The position numbers were made by a program, and so were the translations under genes. Source: Escherichia phage vB_EcoM_G37-3. Taken from it: a DNA stretch of 64,000 nucleotides. The DNA lies in the sequence record MK327941.1, one strand, 5' to 3'. The notes under the pieces are model-generated. The model made no database searches and was not told the DNA's origin. It saw only the letters and a program-made list of their open reading frames with translations. Shown in pieces: positions 50,034 to 59,001 of this stretch; the stretch's first letter is position 1, and each line of letters starts with the position of its first letter.

Positions 50034-50543
50034 TTTGATTAAATCATCACATTGTTTGCGTAGTTTATAGCGATACTGTTTTGATTGTAGCAATTGAAGT
50101 TTTTCATAATCCCCTTCCTCATATGCAGCCGAAAGATCATCTTGATATGCTGCTTCCGTCCCGATTACACATACTCCAAATTTTCTACGACGGTCGGCAT
50201 CTTCCATTGCTTTGCGATTCATTTCTTCAATTGAATTTTCATGACCATAATAATATTCGTAAATGCGTTTCTTCTCTGCTTCTTTATCTGCCTTAATCTT
50301 TGCGATCTGTTCTGCTGATTCCGGTTGACGACCTAAACGCTGTAATGAGGCGTCTTTCTTTTCAAGGTAGTCAATCACGCAATCTTCAACGCTATTAAAT
50401 GGAAAACGTGACTCTTTCTGCCATCGTTCACATGACCGTACAAACTCGTGTGTATTCTTAGATGCAAGTGCCAGATCATGCACAGCGCACCCATTAAGCA
50501 TAGCCACTAAAGCCGCAAGACCAATCAGTTTAATCATTTTCAT
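50031..50543 (-). CDS. predicted lipoprotein
   Basis: 170 aa; signal peptide MKMIKLIGLAALVAMLNGC with lipobox L-N-G-C. Confidence 0.6.
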   Translation of the reverse strand: MKMIKLIGLAALVAMLNGCAVHDLALASKNTHEFVRSCERWQKESRFPFNSVEDCVIDYLEKKDASLQRLGRQPESAEQIAKIKADKEAEKKRIYEYYYGHENSIEEMNRKAMEDADRRRKFGVCVIGTEAAYQDDLSAAYEEGDYEKLQLLQSKQYRYKLRKQCDDLIK

Positions 50544-51364
50544 TTAGTCACCTCACCGAAAATTGTAAATTGTCTACGATTCTCATCGCCGAAAGATTCT
50601 ACTACGTCGTTTACCTTGACGCAAGTCCCGCGCGGTAAAATTACTTCACATTCGCAAGGGTTCCATGCAATTGACCCAACAACAAAACCTTTATGATCTT
50701 TTACGTCAATTACCCATGATACATTACAAGAATGTTGCATCTTTCCGGTCATTGATTCATATCGATTCTCACAATAAAGGCTAGTGCTGTTTGATAGCCA
50801 TCCTCCAAAGATGATTGGTGTCATGCTGGTAGATACAAAGTTTTTAAAGGTAAACTCCTTATCTTCAATGATACGCTCTATTGTCTGAATGTCAAGATGT
50901 TGACCGCGATAAAGAGTACCGTTTAACTTTTCGGTTTTATCCATGACGCAATCCATCAAATCGACAATCTCTGATATCTCATCGGTCATGTCTTCTTCCC
51001 CTAAGAGAGCACCATTTACCCATTCGTATTGTTCAGACACATAATCACAGATTGCATTATATTCTGCTGGGGTTATGTTGTTATGTTTGTAATGTTTGAA
51101 TACATTATCTCCAAAGTCTTCGGAGTGTACTTCATACATCACATTAATGATTTTCTTGACAAATCCATAATCTTGTGTCTCACGCTCAAGGAAGCGGATA
51201 ACCTTCACATAATCATCAAAGTTAATCTGATCGCTAATCATCTCAGTGATCATGTAACCATTAATCCCCTCAATGTCATATGTTTCAATATAATTGTCCA
51301 TACGTTCCATCATTGATTCGCGTGATTCTTCCGAAAGACGAAAATCCTGTAATTTCTTGAACAT
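50540..51364 (-). CDS. mono-ADP-ribosyltransferase, Alt/Mod-family paralogue
   Basis: 274 aa; R-S-E triad motifs LYRGQ, FVSTSMTP, CECEVILPRG. Confidence 0.65.
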   Translation of the reverse strand: MFKKLQDFRLSEESRESMMERMDNYIETYDIEGINGYMITEMISDQINFDDYVKVIRFLERETQDYGFVKKIINVMYEVHSEDFGDNVFKHYKHNNITPAEYNAICDYVSEQYEWVNGALLGEEDMTDEISEIVDLMDCVMDKTEKLNGTLYRGQHLDIQTIERIIEDKEFTFKNFVSTSMTPIIFGGWLSNSTSLYCENRYESMTGKMQHSCNVSWVIDVKDHKGFVVGSIAWNPCECEVILPRGTCVKVNDVVESFGDENRRQFTIFGEVTK

Positions 51365-51442
51365 TTTAAACCTCCCATATAACAGAAAACGGGGCTAGTA
51401 TAAAACTAGTCCCCGTTTGAGTCAACCATTATTTCTTAAAAA

Positions 51443-53494
51443 TTACATTTTAAATTTATCTGGCATTGCGTCTACAGATACCAGATCAGCGATAAGCTGA
51501 CGTAGAGTTGCCTTATCTGCTTTCTTACGTTCGGTTTTAGCTTCGCTAATGAAGCTGGAGAAAGACAGGTCAGAAGCAGGTTTAACAACACCTTCACGGA
51601 TGAATGCATCGCCGTCCGCGATCATCTCGCCAGATTCTTGTAATGCTGCCAGTTCATTTTTGTTCATAATATGTGCCTCAATGTAATAAGTTTCTTGTGA
51701 ATCCGTCGATGCCGTAGCACGAGTTACCGTATCAAAGGATAACACAACACCGCGAGGAAGTAAAATCTCGCATTCTTTGTAAGCAAATGCTTTGTTACCT
51801 ACTGGCAAGACAGGGATGTTTTCCGCGCCAGCAATGGAGAAAGCAACATTAGCGCCACCTTCACCGCGAGAGCCAGCCATAGAATCAACACCAGCAACGG
51901 CACTAGCCACGTTTGCATTCCAGCCGCCAAAAATGTTAGGTGCAAGGGAAGTGCTCACATAGTTTTTAAAGTAAAACGCTTTTTGCTTACGTGCAGTTTC
52001 CCACATTTGCGACCGGAAGTCCATACCACGATACAGAATAGTACCAGGATCAAGTTTAACGCCATAGTTAGAGAAGGCATTATCCAGTGCATCGCACATC
52101 TTGACCAATTCTTCTGGATCTGCGATTCCCTCAAACTCTTCCAGCTTACGGTCGGTTAGGAAGTTGTTCATATTGATGTATGCTGCATCGGCATATTCGC
52201 TCAACACAAAACCTTCCGCGCCTGGTAGATCAAGATCAATATCTGCCATCATTTCACCCATGTTGCTAGCAATTGCTTCAAACATACCGGAAGCAACATT
52301 ACGTAGGGCATCGGTTTTAATCTGGGTGATATGACTACGCAGCATTTCAGCTTTTACATCTGCTGGCATAGACTGGTCTACTCGATCCATTGCCAGGGCG
52401 GTGATCTTGTTTTCGAATACTTCCTCGCTCATGATTTCTTTTAAGCGTTTGATTGATGCTGCGATAACTTCCGCAGACAATGGATCATATTGATCCTGAA
52501 CTTTTACCAGTTCGCTTACTGCGTATTTTGCATCGGCTTCGCTTTCAAAAATAGTACGCATGAAACCATAGCGAGTGATAATATCACTTGTCCAGTCATT
52601 CAGAGAACGGGCGGTTGAACGTTCTAAGGCTTGACGATCAATCAGAGTATTAAACTGTTTCTTAGGTTCGGCTTCGGTGATATCTTCTTCCGGTTTAAGA
52701 TTAATTTTTTCTGGATGATTCACATAGTCGCTGTTATAGGTCGCTTGAGTTTTCAGCATTTCTTCTTTAGTCAAACGAGATTTAGCCGCTACGCGTTGTT
52801 CCGCTTCCGCGTTTCGTTCTTCTTCTGACACCAGACTAGCCGCATACGCCTCATCTTTAGTCAGAGATTCACCAGTAGCCTTAGATACCCAGCGATCACC
52901 TAAATCACTTTCTACTTTAGTGAACAAGGAATCATCAAGTTTAATCCCTTTAATCTTATCAATCGCCATACCGCGACGCTTGACAACAACTAAAGCGATC
53001 TTTTTGCTGGTCATTACTTCCTGCTGGAATACTTCAAACTTCGGTGTACGACGCACCAAACGCTCTATAACGCGCTTAACCAGTTCGGTCTTACCTTTCA
53101 TGCGGGATACGTTAAAACGGAACATAACAGCGTCTAATTGCGCTTTACGGGCTGTTTCCATAACCACATCAAAAGCACTTGCCATAACTGCAATCGGGTT
53201 ATCGCCTAGACCATTTTTAAGCTGTACAATACGACCGCTTTTGTTCATTTCGCACAGTACAACATGCGCTGTCTTGTCACCCATACGAATGATTTTAGGT
53301 GTTTTGTTGGTGAAGTTACAAAGACGGACAATCACATCTTTATCGCGTGTCTGTACTGCAAAAAGCTGTTTAGGATTCTGCTTAGGCTTTAAGCACTGTA
53401 CCGGAGCAATACTACCAAAGTTTTCTTCCTCTTCCGTCAACAGCCATTTCTCGAAAGATTCAATCATTAGGTCGTCGATTTCTAAGTTAAACAT
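51443..53494 (-). CDS. alt: ADP-ribosyltransferase Alt
   Basis: 683 aa (T4 Alt 682); LYRGMDF, YVSTSLAPNIFGGW, ECEILLPRG. Confidence 0.8.
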   Translation of the reverse strand: MFNLEIDDLMIESFEKWLLTEEEENFGSIAPVQCLKPKQNPKQLFAVQTRDKDVIVRLCNFTNKTPKIIRMGDKTAHVVLCEMNKSGRIVQLKNGLGDNPIAVMASAFDVVMETARKAQLDAVMFRFNVSRMKGKTELVKRVIERLVRRTPKFEVFQQEVMTSKKIALVVVKRRGMAIDKIKGIKLDDSLFTKVESDLGDRWVSKATGESLTKDEAYAASLVSEEERNAEAEQRVAAKSRLTKEEMLKTQATYNSDYVNHPEKINLKPEEDITEAEPKKQFNTLIDRQALERSTARSLNDWTSDIITRYGFMRTIFESEADAKYAVSELVKVQDQYDPLSAEVIAASIKRLKEIMSEEVFENKITALAMDRVDQSMPADVKAEMLRSHITQIKTDALRNVASGMFEAIASNMGEMMADIDLDLPGAEGFVLSEYADAAYINMNNFLTDRKLEEFEGIADPEELVKMCDALDNAFSNYGVKLDPGTILYRGMDFRSQMWETARKQKAFYFKNYVSTSLAPNIFGGWNANVASAVAGVDSMAGSRGEGGANVAFSIAGAENIPVLPVGNKAFAYKECEILLPRGVVLSFDTVTRATASTDSQETYYIEAHIMNKNELAALQESGEMIADGDAFIREGVVKPASDLSFSSFISEAKTERKKADKATLRQLIADLVSVDAMPDKFKM

Positions 53495-53562
53495 TTTATA
53501 TCCTCTAGTTGATAACCTATAAACCTATATTTATGAAAACGGGGCTTAACGCCCCCTTTTTA

Positions 53563-53775
53563 TTATAATGCACCATCGAGCAATTGCTCTAAGGTGTATC
53601 CTGAATAGTCTTTTTCAATCAGGATATATTTTCCTACTCGTTTAATACAACCGCGCATTTCAACATATTCTGCGTAGTTGATGGTGCGAGTTGTTCCATC
53701 TTCTAGCAAAGCAGTACCGATTTCGTTAATGCGGTCATAAGTTACGTAGGTAATGATGATTTCGATGTTAGCCAT
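53563..53775 (-). CDS. hypothetical protein (70 aa from ATG 53775)
   Basis: Track ORF 53563..53841; start moved to internal ATG with AAGGAG SD because the upstream codons overlap the promoter element. Confidence 0.5.
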   Translation of the reverse strand: MANIEIIITYVTYDRINEIGTALLEDGTTRTINYAEYVEMRGCIKRVGKYILIEKDYSGYTLEQLLDGAL

Positions 53776-53809
53776 TTGATACTCCTTAGTAGTTCGTTTC
53801 GGTATGTGT

Positions 53810-53838
53810 ATTATAGGGGATCGATGATCCCCTGTCAA
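53810..53838 (-). promoter_or_regulatory. PeSL-like early promoter cassette: TTGACA, 17-nt palindromic spacer (ggggatc..gatcccc), TATAAT, conserved leader
   Basis: Reverse complement gives TTGACAggggatcatcgatccccTATAAT; A-tract upstream. Confidence 0.6.
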
Positions 53839-53846
53839 CAACTTTT

Positions 53847-54365
53847 TTAGTTATTTTTTAATTGCTCATCTTGCAATAGGGCAATCACATGCTGGCGATG
53901 TTCTTCCGATTGAGGCACACCGAAAAAGTTTGTTTTGTAGAAATACTCTAATCGGTCTTCTCGTGTGCTCTCTTCCATCATGATCGCGGGTAGTCCGAGA
54001 TTTCGGAAACGTCGCTTTTCTGCTGGCGTAAAATCACTGTAATACAACATAGAATCATCATTACCAGCAATGCTAAACTCATCTTTCATAAAGGAGAATA
54101 TTGCGTTTAAACGCTGTTTACCGTCCACGATTTCGATCTCATAGCGAGAGCCATCATCAATCTTAGCCATTGCGATAGCACCAACCGGAAAATCATTAAT
54201 CAGGTTTTCGATAAACATACGTTTGTTTTCGGTGTCCCATACCAAAGGACGCTGATAATCTGGGTTCATGTTGATATATCCATCTTCTAACCACGCCTCA
54301 TAAACAGAGATGACAAAGTTTTTAGTATTGGTATAGTAACGGCGTTTAGGCGTTAAACGGTTCAT
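53847..54365 (-). CDS. DUF262 / ParB-like nucleotide-binding domain protein
   Basis: Start at ATG 54365 (AGGAG SD); DYQRPLVWD..FIENL and VDGKQRLNAI match DUF262 hallmarks (QR, DGQQR-like). Confidence 0.55.
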   Translation of the reverse strand: MNRLTPKRRYYTNTKNFVISVYEAWLEDGYINMNPDYQRPLVWDTENKRMFIENLINDFPVGAIAMAKIDDGSRYEIEIVDGKQRLNAIFSFMKDEFSIAGNDDSMLYYSDFTPAEKRRFRNLGLPAIMMEESTREDRLEYFYKTNFFGVPQSEEHRQHVIALLQDEQLKNN

Positions 54366-54366
54366 G

Positions 54367-54699
54367 TTATAGTCTCCTGAATGGATCATCACGTAAATCA
54401 ATATCTTTTAAGAACTCATCCCATGAATGGCGGATATTGTTCTTAATTCTCCAGATAAGCGCAGGGATTGAACGCTCTCCCATCTGGAAGTATGGATCAT
54501 ATGATCCGTATGCCCAATATGCTACTACAATTCCACAATCAGAGCAATAGTATTCTATTTCACTTGCTGGCGACCAAAGTCCATCAATATGATCGGTGAT
54601 CTTGCTTTCGATGTTATGGCTATGACAATCAGGGCAACGGATGCAATGACCTTGTTTATCGTAATTTGACGTTAGCGAATACTTAAACAATCTCATCAT
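54367..54699 (-). CDS. hypothetical zinc-ribbon protein
   Basis: 110 aa; CIRCPDC..H and CSDCG Cys pairs; coupled to flanking genes. Confidence 0.55.
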   Translation of the reverse strand: MMRLFKYSLTSNYDKQGHCIRCPDCHSHNIESKITDHIDGLWSPASEIEYYCSDCGIVVAYWAYGSYDPYFQMGERSIPALIWRIKNNIRHSWDEFLKDIDLRDDPFRRL

Positions 54700-55412
54700 A
54701 GATCCTTATTGGCTTCAAATACTGCCTTTGCGAATCCTCGCGGGGTAAGTGACCTTATAGTCTTTGTTTTCGTTCCTTTCCCGCCTAGCTTAGAATGCTG
54801 TTTACTGTACCCTTTATTAATCTGCAAAGGTTTCTTTTCTGGCATCATAAAGCCTTGTCCGGTCCATAAGCAAGTCTTTTTCGGGTACATATCACGGGCG
54901 GCAATATACTCAGGAAACGTAGGATGCTTATCATCTTCCGGCAAATAACCGCCATATTCCCACGGATGAAACATATAATCAGGCTTACGCCACATGCTAG
55001 AGATAACGCTTACAGGATTCTCTATCATGTAGGGAACTCCTAGCCATTCACCCAAATAAGCGGTTATTTTAGCTGCCCGTACATCATGAACTTGAATCAA
55101 TGGTCCTTGTTCTCGTTTCTTTCGTTCAAAGTGCGCAGCGCCACTAACAGCTAAATTGGTGCACGGTGGGAATGCAAAGATAATATCCGGTTTCCCCCAT
55201 TCAAGGTCCATTGCTCTTTCCAGCCAGTTCAAATCAATCCATGTGTTTACATAGGTAATGTTTGGATGTTCAAATCTGGTATTATACTTTTTGTATGTGC
55301 CGTGGTCGCCATCATCAGCATTAAAGCAGATCACCTTATGACCTGCTTTAGCCCATTCTAGCCCCATTATCCCCGATCCGTCAAAGTTACAGAATATTAA
55401 TTTTTGTTTCAT
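54696..55412 (-). CDS. compact DNA (cytosine-5)-methyltransferase-like protein
   Basis: 238 aa; motif I-like FDGSGIMG, PC motif FAFPPCTNLAVSG, ENV-like YMIENPV, C-terminal RSLTPRGFAKAV. Confidence 0.55.
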   Translation of the reverse strand: MKQKLIFCNFDGSGIMGLEWAKAGHKVICFNADDGDHGTYKKYNTRFEHPNITYVNTWIDLNWLERAMDLEWGKPDIIFAFPPCTNLAVSGAAHFERKKREQGPLIQVHDVRAAKITAYLGEWLGVPYMIENPVSVISSMWRKPDYMFHPWEYGGYLPEDDKHPTFPEYIAARDMYPKKTCLWTGQGFMMPEKKPLQINKGYSKQHSKLGGKGTKTKTIRSLTPRGFAKAVFEANKDL

Positions 55413-55654
55413 ATACGCCCCTTTAATCCAACACAGATTTTAGAAGGTTCTTTGCCGTGCCACATTAAGTAAAGTCCGTTAATGCGGCCTTGTTTTGTAT
55501 ATGATTCTTTTCTGATCTTCTTATAGTGTCGTGTTTCCTCAGCCGATTGTTTAGAATACCAATCATAAAGGAAGATGAACAAAGGCCACCCATTAGCGGC
55601 CTTAATGCAGTTATTCAAAAATTCCTTATTGCGTTTAATTAATTTTCTTTTCAC
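55409..55654 (-). CDS. hypothetical protein (81 aa)
   Basis: ORF track; coupled overlaps. Confidence 0.5.
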   Translation of the reverse strand: MKRKLIKRNKEFLNNCIKAANGWPLFIFLYDWYSKQSAEETRHYKKIRKESYTKQGRINGLYLMWHGKEPSKICVGLKGRI

Positions 55655-55902
55655 GCTGCCCCCATTGGTTTGATAGTAACAGAATCTAAAAGACCTTTGT
55701 TAGCCAGTTCGCGGCAAGTTTTCAGATCCGCAACTTCCCAACCAGCCGCAATCAGGTTATCAATCAGGCTGTTAGCAACTTCTTCGCTCATGAAAGAGCA
55801 CTGTTTGCCGATGGTGTAGCGTACACGCTGTAATTTCAGTTTACGGAAGCCTTTAACGTTCAGGTCTTTAGCGATTTTCTTTGCGGTTTCGATGTTAGCC
55901 AT
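55651..55902 (-). CDS. hypothetical protein (83 aa)
   Basis: ORF track; GGAG SD; first gene after promoter cassette. Confidence 0.55.
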   Translation of the reverse strand: MANIETAKKIAKDLNVKGFRKLKLQRVRYTIGKQCSFMSEEVANSLIDNLIAAGWEVADLKTCRELANKGLLDSVTIKPMGAA

Positions 55903-55942
55903 TGTTTGATTCTCCTAAGTGGTATCTCGTCTTGATGGTTGT

Positions 55943-55971
55943 ATTGTAGGGGAGTTATCCTCCCCTGTCAA
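55943..55971 (-). promoter_or_regulatory. PeSL-like early promoter cassette (TTGACA, ggggag..ctcccc spacer, TACAAT)
   Basis: Read in sequence. Confidence 0.55.
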
Positions 55972-55985
55972 CACTTTTTATAAAA

Positions 55986-56153
55986 TTATTTGTTAATTTC
56001 TGGTGCGTTGCTAGGATAGTAACCTTCTTTAACACCCAGATATTTTGCAACCATCCCTACAATCTTCTGTGCTACTACAATGTCAAATTTCAGATAATCT
56101 TCGCCGTGGGTTTCAATGATATATGCTTCACATGCTGCTTTAGTCTCGAACAT
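55986..56153 (-). CDS. hypothetical small protein (55 aa), copy 1 of a duplicated gene
   Basis: MFETKAACEAYIIETHGEDYLKFDIVVAQKIVGMVAKYLGVKEGYYPSNAPEINK; about 89% identical to 59246..59413. Confidence 0.55.
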   Translation of the reverse strand: MFETKAACEAYIIETHGEDYLKFDIVVAQKIVGMVAKYLGVKEGYYPSNAPEINK

Positions 56154-56186
56154 TTTGATTCTCCTATTTCGTTTCGTTATGTGTGT

Positions 56187-56215
56187 ATTATAGGGGATCT
56201 CCCGATCCCCGTCAA
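56187..56215 (-). promoter_or_regulatory. PeSL-like early promoter cassette (TTGACG, ggggatc..gatcccc spacer, TATAAT)
   Basis: Read in sequence. Confidence 0.55.
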
Positions 56216-56229
56216 CAACTTTTTTAAAA

Positions 56230-56511
56230 TTATTCGTGATTAGTTTCGATGTTGTGCATTTTGCACCAGTTCAGCCAATCACCCAGATCCTGATAGTTAA
56301 TGCTTTTATCTGCTGCCATCGTTTTTGTCTTGATACCCATATGTGCGTTATGAGTAAGCATTTTTACAGTGAACTCAATTTTATCACCTTTAGCTTTAAC
56401 ATCAACCAGTTTGGTCCACTGGCTACCAGCGCCGCGAATGTTCATACCAACGATGTTTCCGATGTATGCTTCTTTGTTTTTCAGGATTTCGGTTGCTTTG
56501 ATGAATTTCAT
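56230..56511 (-). CDS. hypothetical protein (93 aa)
   Basis: ORF track; SD. Confidence 0.55.
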   Translation of the reverse strand: MKFIKATEILKNKEAYIGNIVGMNIRGAGSQWTKLVDVKAKGDKIEFTVKMLTHNAHMGIKTKTMAADKSINYQDLGDWLNWCKMHNIETNHE

Positions 56512-56544
56512 TTTTGATTCTCCAGTTCGTTTCGGTATGTGTGT

Positions 56545-56573
56545 ATTATGCTATGTTCTTACTTTGGTGTCAA
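56545..56573 (-). promoter_or_regulatory. early promoter cassette without palindrome (TTGACA-N17-CATAAT)
   Basis: Read in sequence; same leader as the PeSL-like elements. Confidence 0.5.
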
Positions 56574-56581
56574 CAACTTTT

Positions 56582-56851
56582 TTAGATATTTTCAGAAATA
56601 AATTTTAAAACTTGACGTAAATGTTTCTCATCTTTGATAGTCGCCGGAAGTTCTTCTTTTACTTCCTGTGCAAGATAGATATTTCCGTTCCAAGTGAAAG
56701 ATCCGTCTTCGTTTACGCGATAGCTGAACATCCACTCGCAATCATTTTCGATTTCATATACACACAGAAGGGTGTAATCGTTAAAGCTATTGATTTCAAG
56801 GTCGAAGCCGTGACGTTTTGCAAAGTTGGTAGTGGTTTTAGTCAGAGCCAT
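56582..56851 (-). CDS. hypothetical protein (89 aa)
   Basis: ORF track; SD. Confidence 0.55.
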   Translation of the reverse strand: MALTKTTTNFAKRHGFDLEINSFNDYTLLCVYEIENDCEWMFSYRVNEDGSFTWNGNIYLAQEVKEELPATIKDEKHLRQVLKFISENI

Positions 56852-56891
56852 TGTTTGATTCTCCTAAATGGTATCTCGTTTCGATGTGTGT

Positions 56892-56920
56892 ATTATGCTA
56901 TAGGCCGGATCTGGTGTCAA
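56892..56920 (-). promoter_or_regulatory. early promoter cassette (TTGACA-N17-CATAAT)
   Basis: Read in sequence. Confidence 0.5.
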
Positions 56921-56935
56921 TGCCTTTTTTAAAAA

Positions 56936-56955
56936 AGCCGACACTAAGGTCGGCT
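56936..56955 (-). terminator. rho-independent terminator after reverse gene 56963..57271
   Basis: agccgac-ctta-gtcggct followed by U-run on reverse strand. Confidence 0.55.
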
Positions 56956-56962
56956 AATAAAA

Positions 56963-57271
56963 TCATTTAGACAAGTAATCATTCTGTGCAATACGGTCGG
57001 CGTATGCTGGTGTTATGTCAATCGCCAGCACTTTAACGCGTGCTTTCTTGCGACCTGGGTTTTCTCGTAACCAGTGCTCATGACCGTGAACATTTTTATA
57101 CTTTGATGCTTCTTCAAATGTACGGATCGGACCTGGGTAATCAGCGTAAAGGATCTCTAGGTCTTCGGTGATGTAAAAATATACATCGTAATTACTGTTC
57201 TCTAGTTTAAGCAGAGAGTTGCGAAATTGTGGTAAATTCTCGCGGGTAAATTCAACTACAAGATTTTTCAT
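56963..57271 (-). CDS. hypothetical protein, paralogue family A (YxYITED..HGHEHW..VLAIDI)
   Basis: 102 aa ORF track; shared motifs with six other ORFs. Confidence 0.55.
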   Translation of the reverse strand: MKNLVVEFTRENLPQFRNSLLKLENSNYDVYFYITEDLEILYADYPGPIRTFEEASKYKNVHGHEHWLRENPGRKKARVKVLAIDITPAYADRIAQNDYLSK

Positions 57272-57296
57272 AGTGATATCCTCATTCAGATAGATT

Positions 57297-57316
57297 AAAA
57301 GGGGGCTTAACGCCCC
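57297..57316 (-). terminator. hairpin plus U-run after reverse gene 57322..57609
   Basis: Reverse strand ggggcg-ttaa-gccccc then TTTT. Confidence 0.45.
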
Positions 57317-57321
57317 GTATA

Positions 57322-57609
57322 TTAAAACAGTCCTTCCTGTACACCGTAGTAGAGTTCATCGCTGATAATTTCATTAATGCGACGGTGTGCATATTCCTGA
57401 TTTGCGAAGTTATCAGCAAGTTCTACTTTAGTTTCGCCGTCATGAGTCCATTTAGTGATAACTTTACCATCTGCAAATTTGAAGTTGAACTCTTTAGCTA
57501 CTGCATCGCGTACCAGACGTGCGAACTTGTTGTTACGGATTGCATTATCGGTTTCGTGTGCAGCGTGAGCGAATTTGTTAACTTTCAGAGTGATAGTAAT
57601 GTATGCCAT
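57322..57609 (-). CDS. hypothetical protein, paralogue family B
   Basis: 95 aa; shares N..A.R..V.KA.AKEFN.K with 60851..61162. Confidence 0.55.
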   Translation of the reverse strand: MAYITITLKVNKFAHAAHETDNAIRNNKFARLVRDAVAKEFNFKFADGKVITKWTHDGETKVELADNFANQEYAHRRINEIISDELYYGVQEGLF

Positions 57610-57655
57610 AATTTGATTCTCCTAGTTAGAAAGTGTATCTCGTTTCGATGGGGAT

Positions 57656-57684
57656 ATTATGCTATATCCCCGATCCGGTGTCAA
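57656..57684 (-). promoter_or_regulatory. PeSL-like early promoter cassette
   Basis: TTGACA, 17-nt spacer, CATAAT on reverse strand. Confidence 0.5.
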
Positions 57685-57690
57685 CACTTT

Positions 57691-57969
57691 TTATAAAATA
57701 ATTTTTTGATATTTTTCTATGATGTTCGTGTAAGTCACATCAACCGCTAGCACCGTTGCTTCGAATCCACCGTTTAGCCAATGGCTATGATCATGATCGT
57801 GAAAGAAACCTAGACCAGTACGAAGACCTTCTTTATATTCTGCGCGTACATTCAGTTTGTCGTCGATAAACAGATAAAACCATGAATTTTTACTAGGATT
57901 GATGATACAACCTTTCAGATTAGGGAGAATATCACGACTAAGAATAAACTTATCACCTACTTTGAGCAT
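57691..57969 (-). CDS. hypothetical protein, paralogue family A
   Basis: Start at internal ATG 57969 (GAGGAAA SD); FYLFIDDKLNV..HDHDHSHW..VLAVDV. Confidence 0.5.
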   Translation of the reverse strand: MLKVGDKFILSRDILPNLKGCIINPSKNSWFYLFIDDKLNVRAEYKEGLRTGLGFFHDHDHSHWLNGGFEATVLAVDVTYTNIIEKYQKIIL

Positions 57970-57983
57970 AATATTTTCCTCAC

Positions 57984-58291
57984 TTATAAAGTTTGACCGT
58001 TGTTTTTCGCGTAATGCTGAATGCGTGCTTGATCTGCTTCCGCTGGTGATAGATTCCATGCGATCACTACAACTTCTGACGCATCATGATCATTATCACT
58101 TACCCAATGATTATGATTCATACAATTGTTTGCTATCGCGTGAGCAAATGATCTCATTACCGGAGACGTATAATCATAGTAACGGATTTTCAGATTTTCA
58201 TCAACGTACAAGTAGATCGTATACGGCTTATATTCAGTAACCAGTAACAGACAGTTACGCAATTCTGGGAAAATCTTTTTAGTTAATTTCA
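57984..58291 (-). CDS. hypothetical protein, paralogue family A
   Basis: Start at internal ATG 58291 (GAGGAT SD); YLYVDENLKI..NHNHW..VVIAWNL. Confidence 0.5.
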
Positions 58292-58293
58292 TT

Positions 58294-58512
58294 TTATAAT
58301 CCTCGGTCGCGGCTATAGTACACGGTACGCCATACAATTTCATGTTTCGTGTCGCTCCAGCACACGATCTCATTTACTCTTAAATCTTTGTTATCAACAA
58401 AAGATGAACATTGTGACGCTTCTTTCATCATTTTATCTGCTGTTTTCTCATCAAATACAGCACAGATTTCTTTATACACTCGATAATCTTTGAATTGACT
58501 CTGGATACTCAT
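58294..58512 (-). CDS. hypothetical protein, paralogue family C
   Basis: Start at ATG 58512; FKDYRVYKEI..ADKMMKEASQCSSF. Confidence 0.45.
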   Translation of the reverse strand: MSIQSQFKDYRVYKEICAVFDEKTADKMMKEASQCSSFVDNKDLRVNEIVCWSDTKHEIVWRTVYYSRDRGL

Positions 58513-58514
58513 AA

Positions 58515-58730
58515 TTAACACCAATCAAGAGTTTTTGAGAAAACCTCTATCCATTGTTGAGTATATGCGGTTTCTTTCCATGATACAATACCAGTAGAAT
58601 AATGGTTTTTGTTTCCAGAAAAGGACGGGCATTTTGATGCATCTTCCATCATCTTTTCGGCGAACTCTGGTTCGTATACCCGCAAAATCTGTTGATATGC
58701 TTTGTATTCTTTAAATTTGCTCATAATCAT
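58515..58730 (-). CDS. hypothetical protein, paralogue family C
   Basis: ORF track 71 aa; FKEYKAYQQI..AEKMMEDASKCPSF. Confidence 0.5.
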   Translation of the reverse strand: MIMSKFKEYKAYQQILRVYEPEFAEKMMEDASKCPSFSGNKNHYSTGIVSWKETAYTQQWIEVFSKTLDWC

Positions 58731-58989
58731 TCACTACCTTATCAGCTTCTTTTGTTGTTTTTACATCAACTGCGATAACCCGTAAAGGTTCGTCATGGTT
58801 CCACCAATGATCGTGAATATCGGCTTGTGATTTATCACCAAAGGAATCACGAATATCATTTTTACATTTATAGCTAATGTGACCGTCATAGTCAACATAA
58901 AGGTAATTATCGAAAATCGGCGTTTTTAAGATCATACCGAAAAATCTTTCTTTGTGTGTCTTATCCAGTGTTGCAGTAATTCGCATCAT
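58711..58989 (-). CDS. hypothetical protein, paralogue family A
   Basis: 92 aa; NYLYVDYDG..DIHDHWW..RVIAVDV. Confidence 0.55.
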   Translation of the reverse strand: MMRITATLDKTHKERFFGMILKTPIFDNYLYVDYDGHISYKCKNDIRDSFGDKSQADIHDHWWNHDEPLRVIAVDVKTTKEADKVVNDYEQI

Positions 58990-59001
58990 AATATATTCCT
59001 C

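Noticed and set aside
52920-53522. 200-aa forward ORF
   Set aside because: Antisense within alt.
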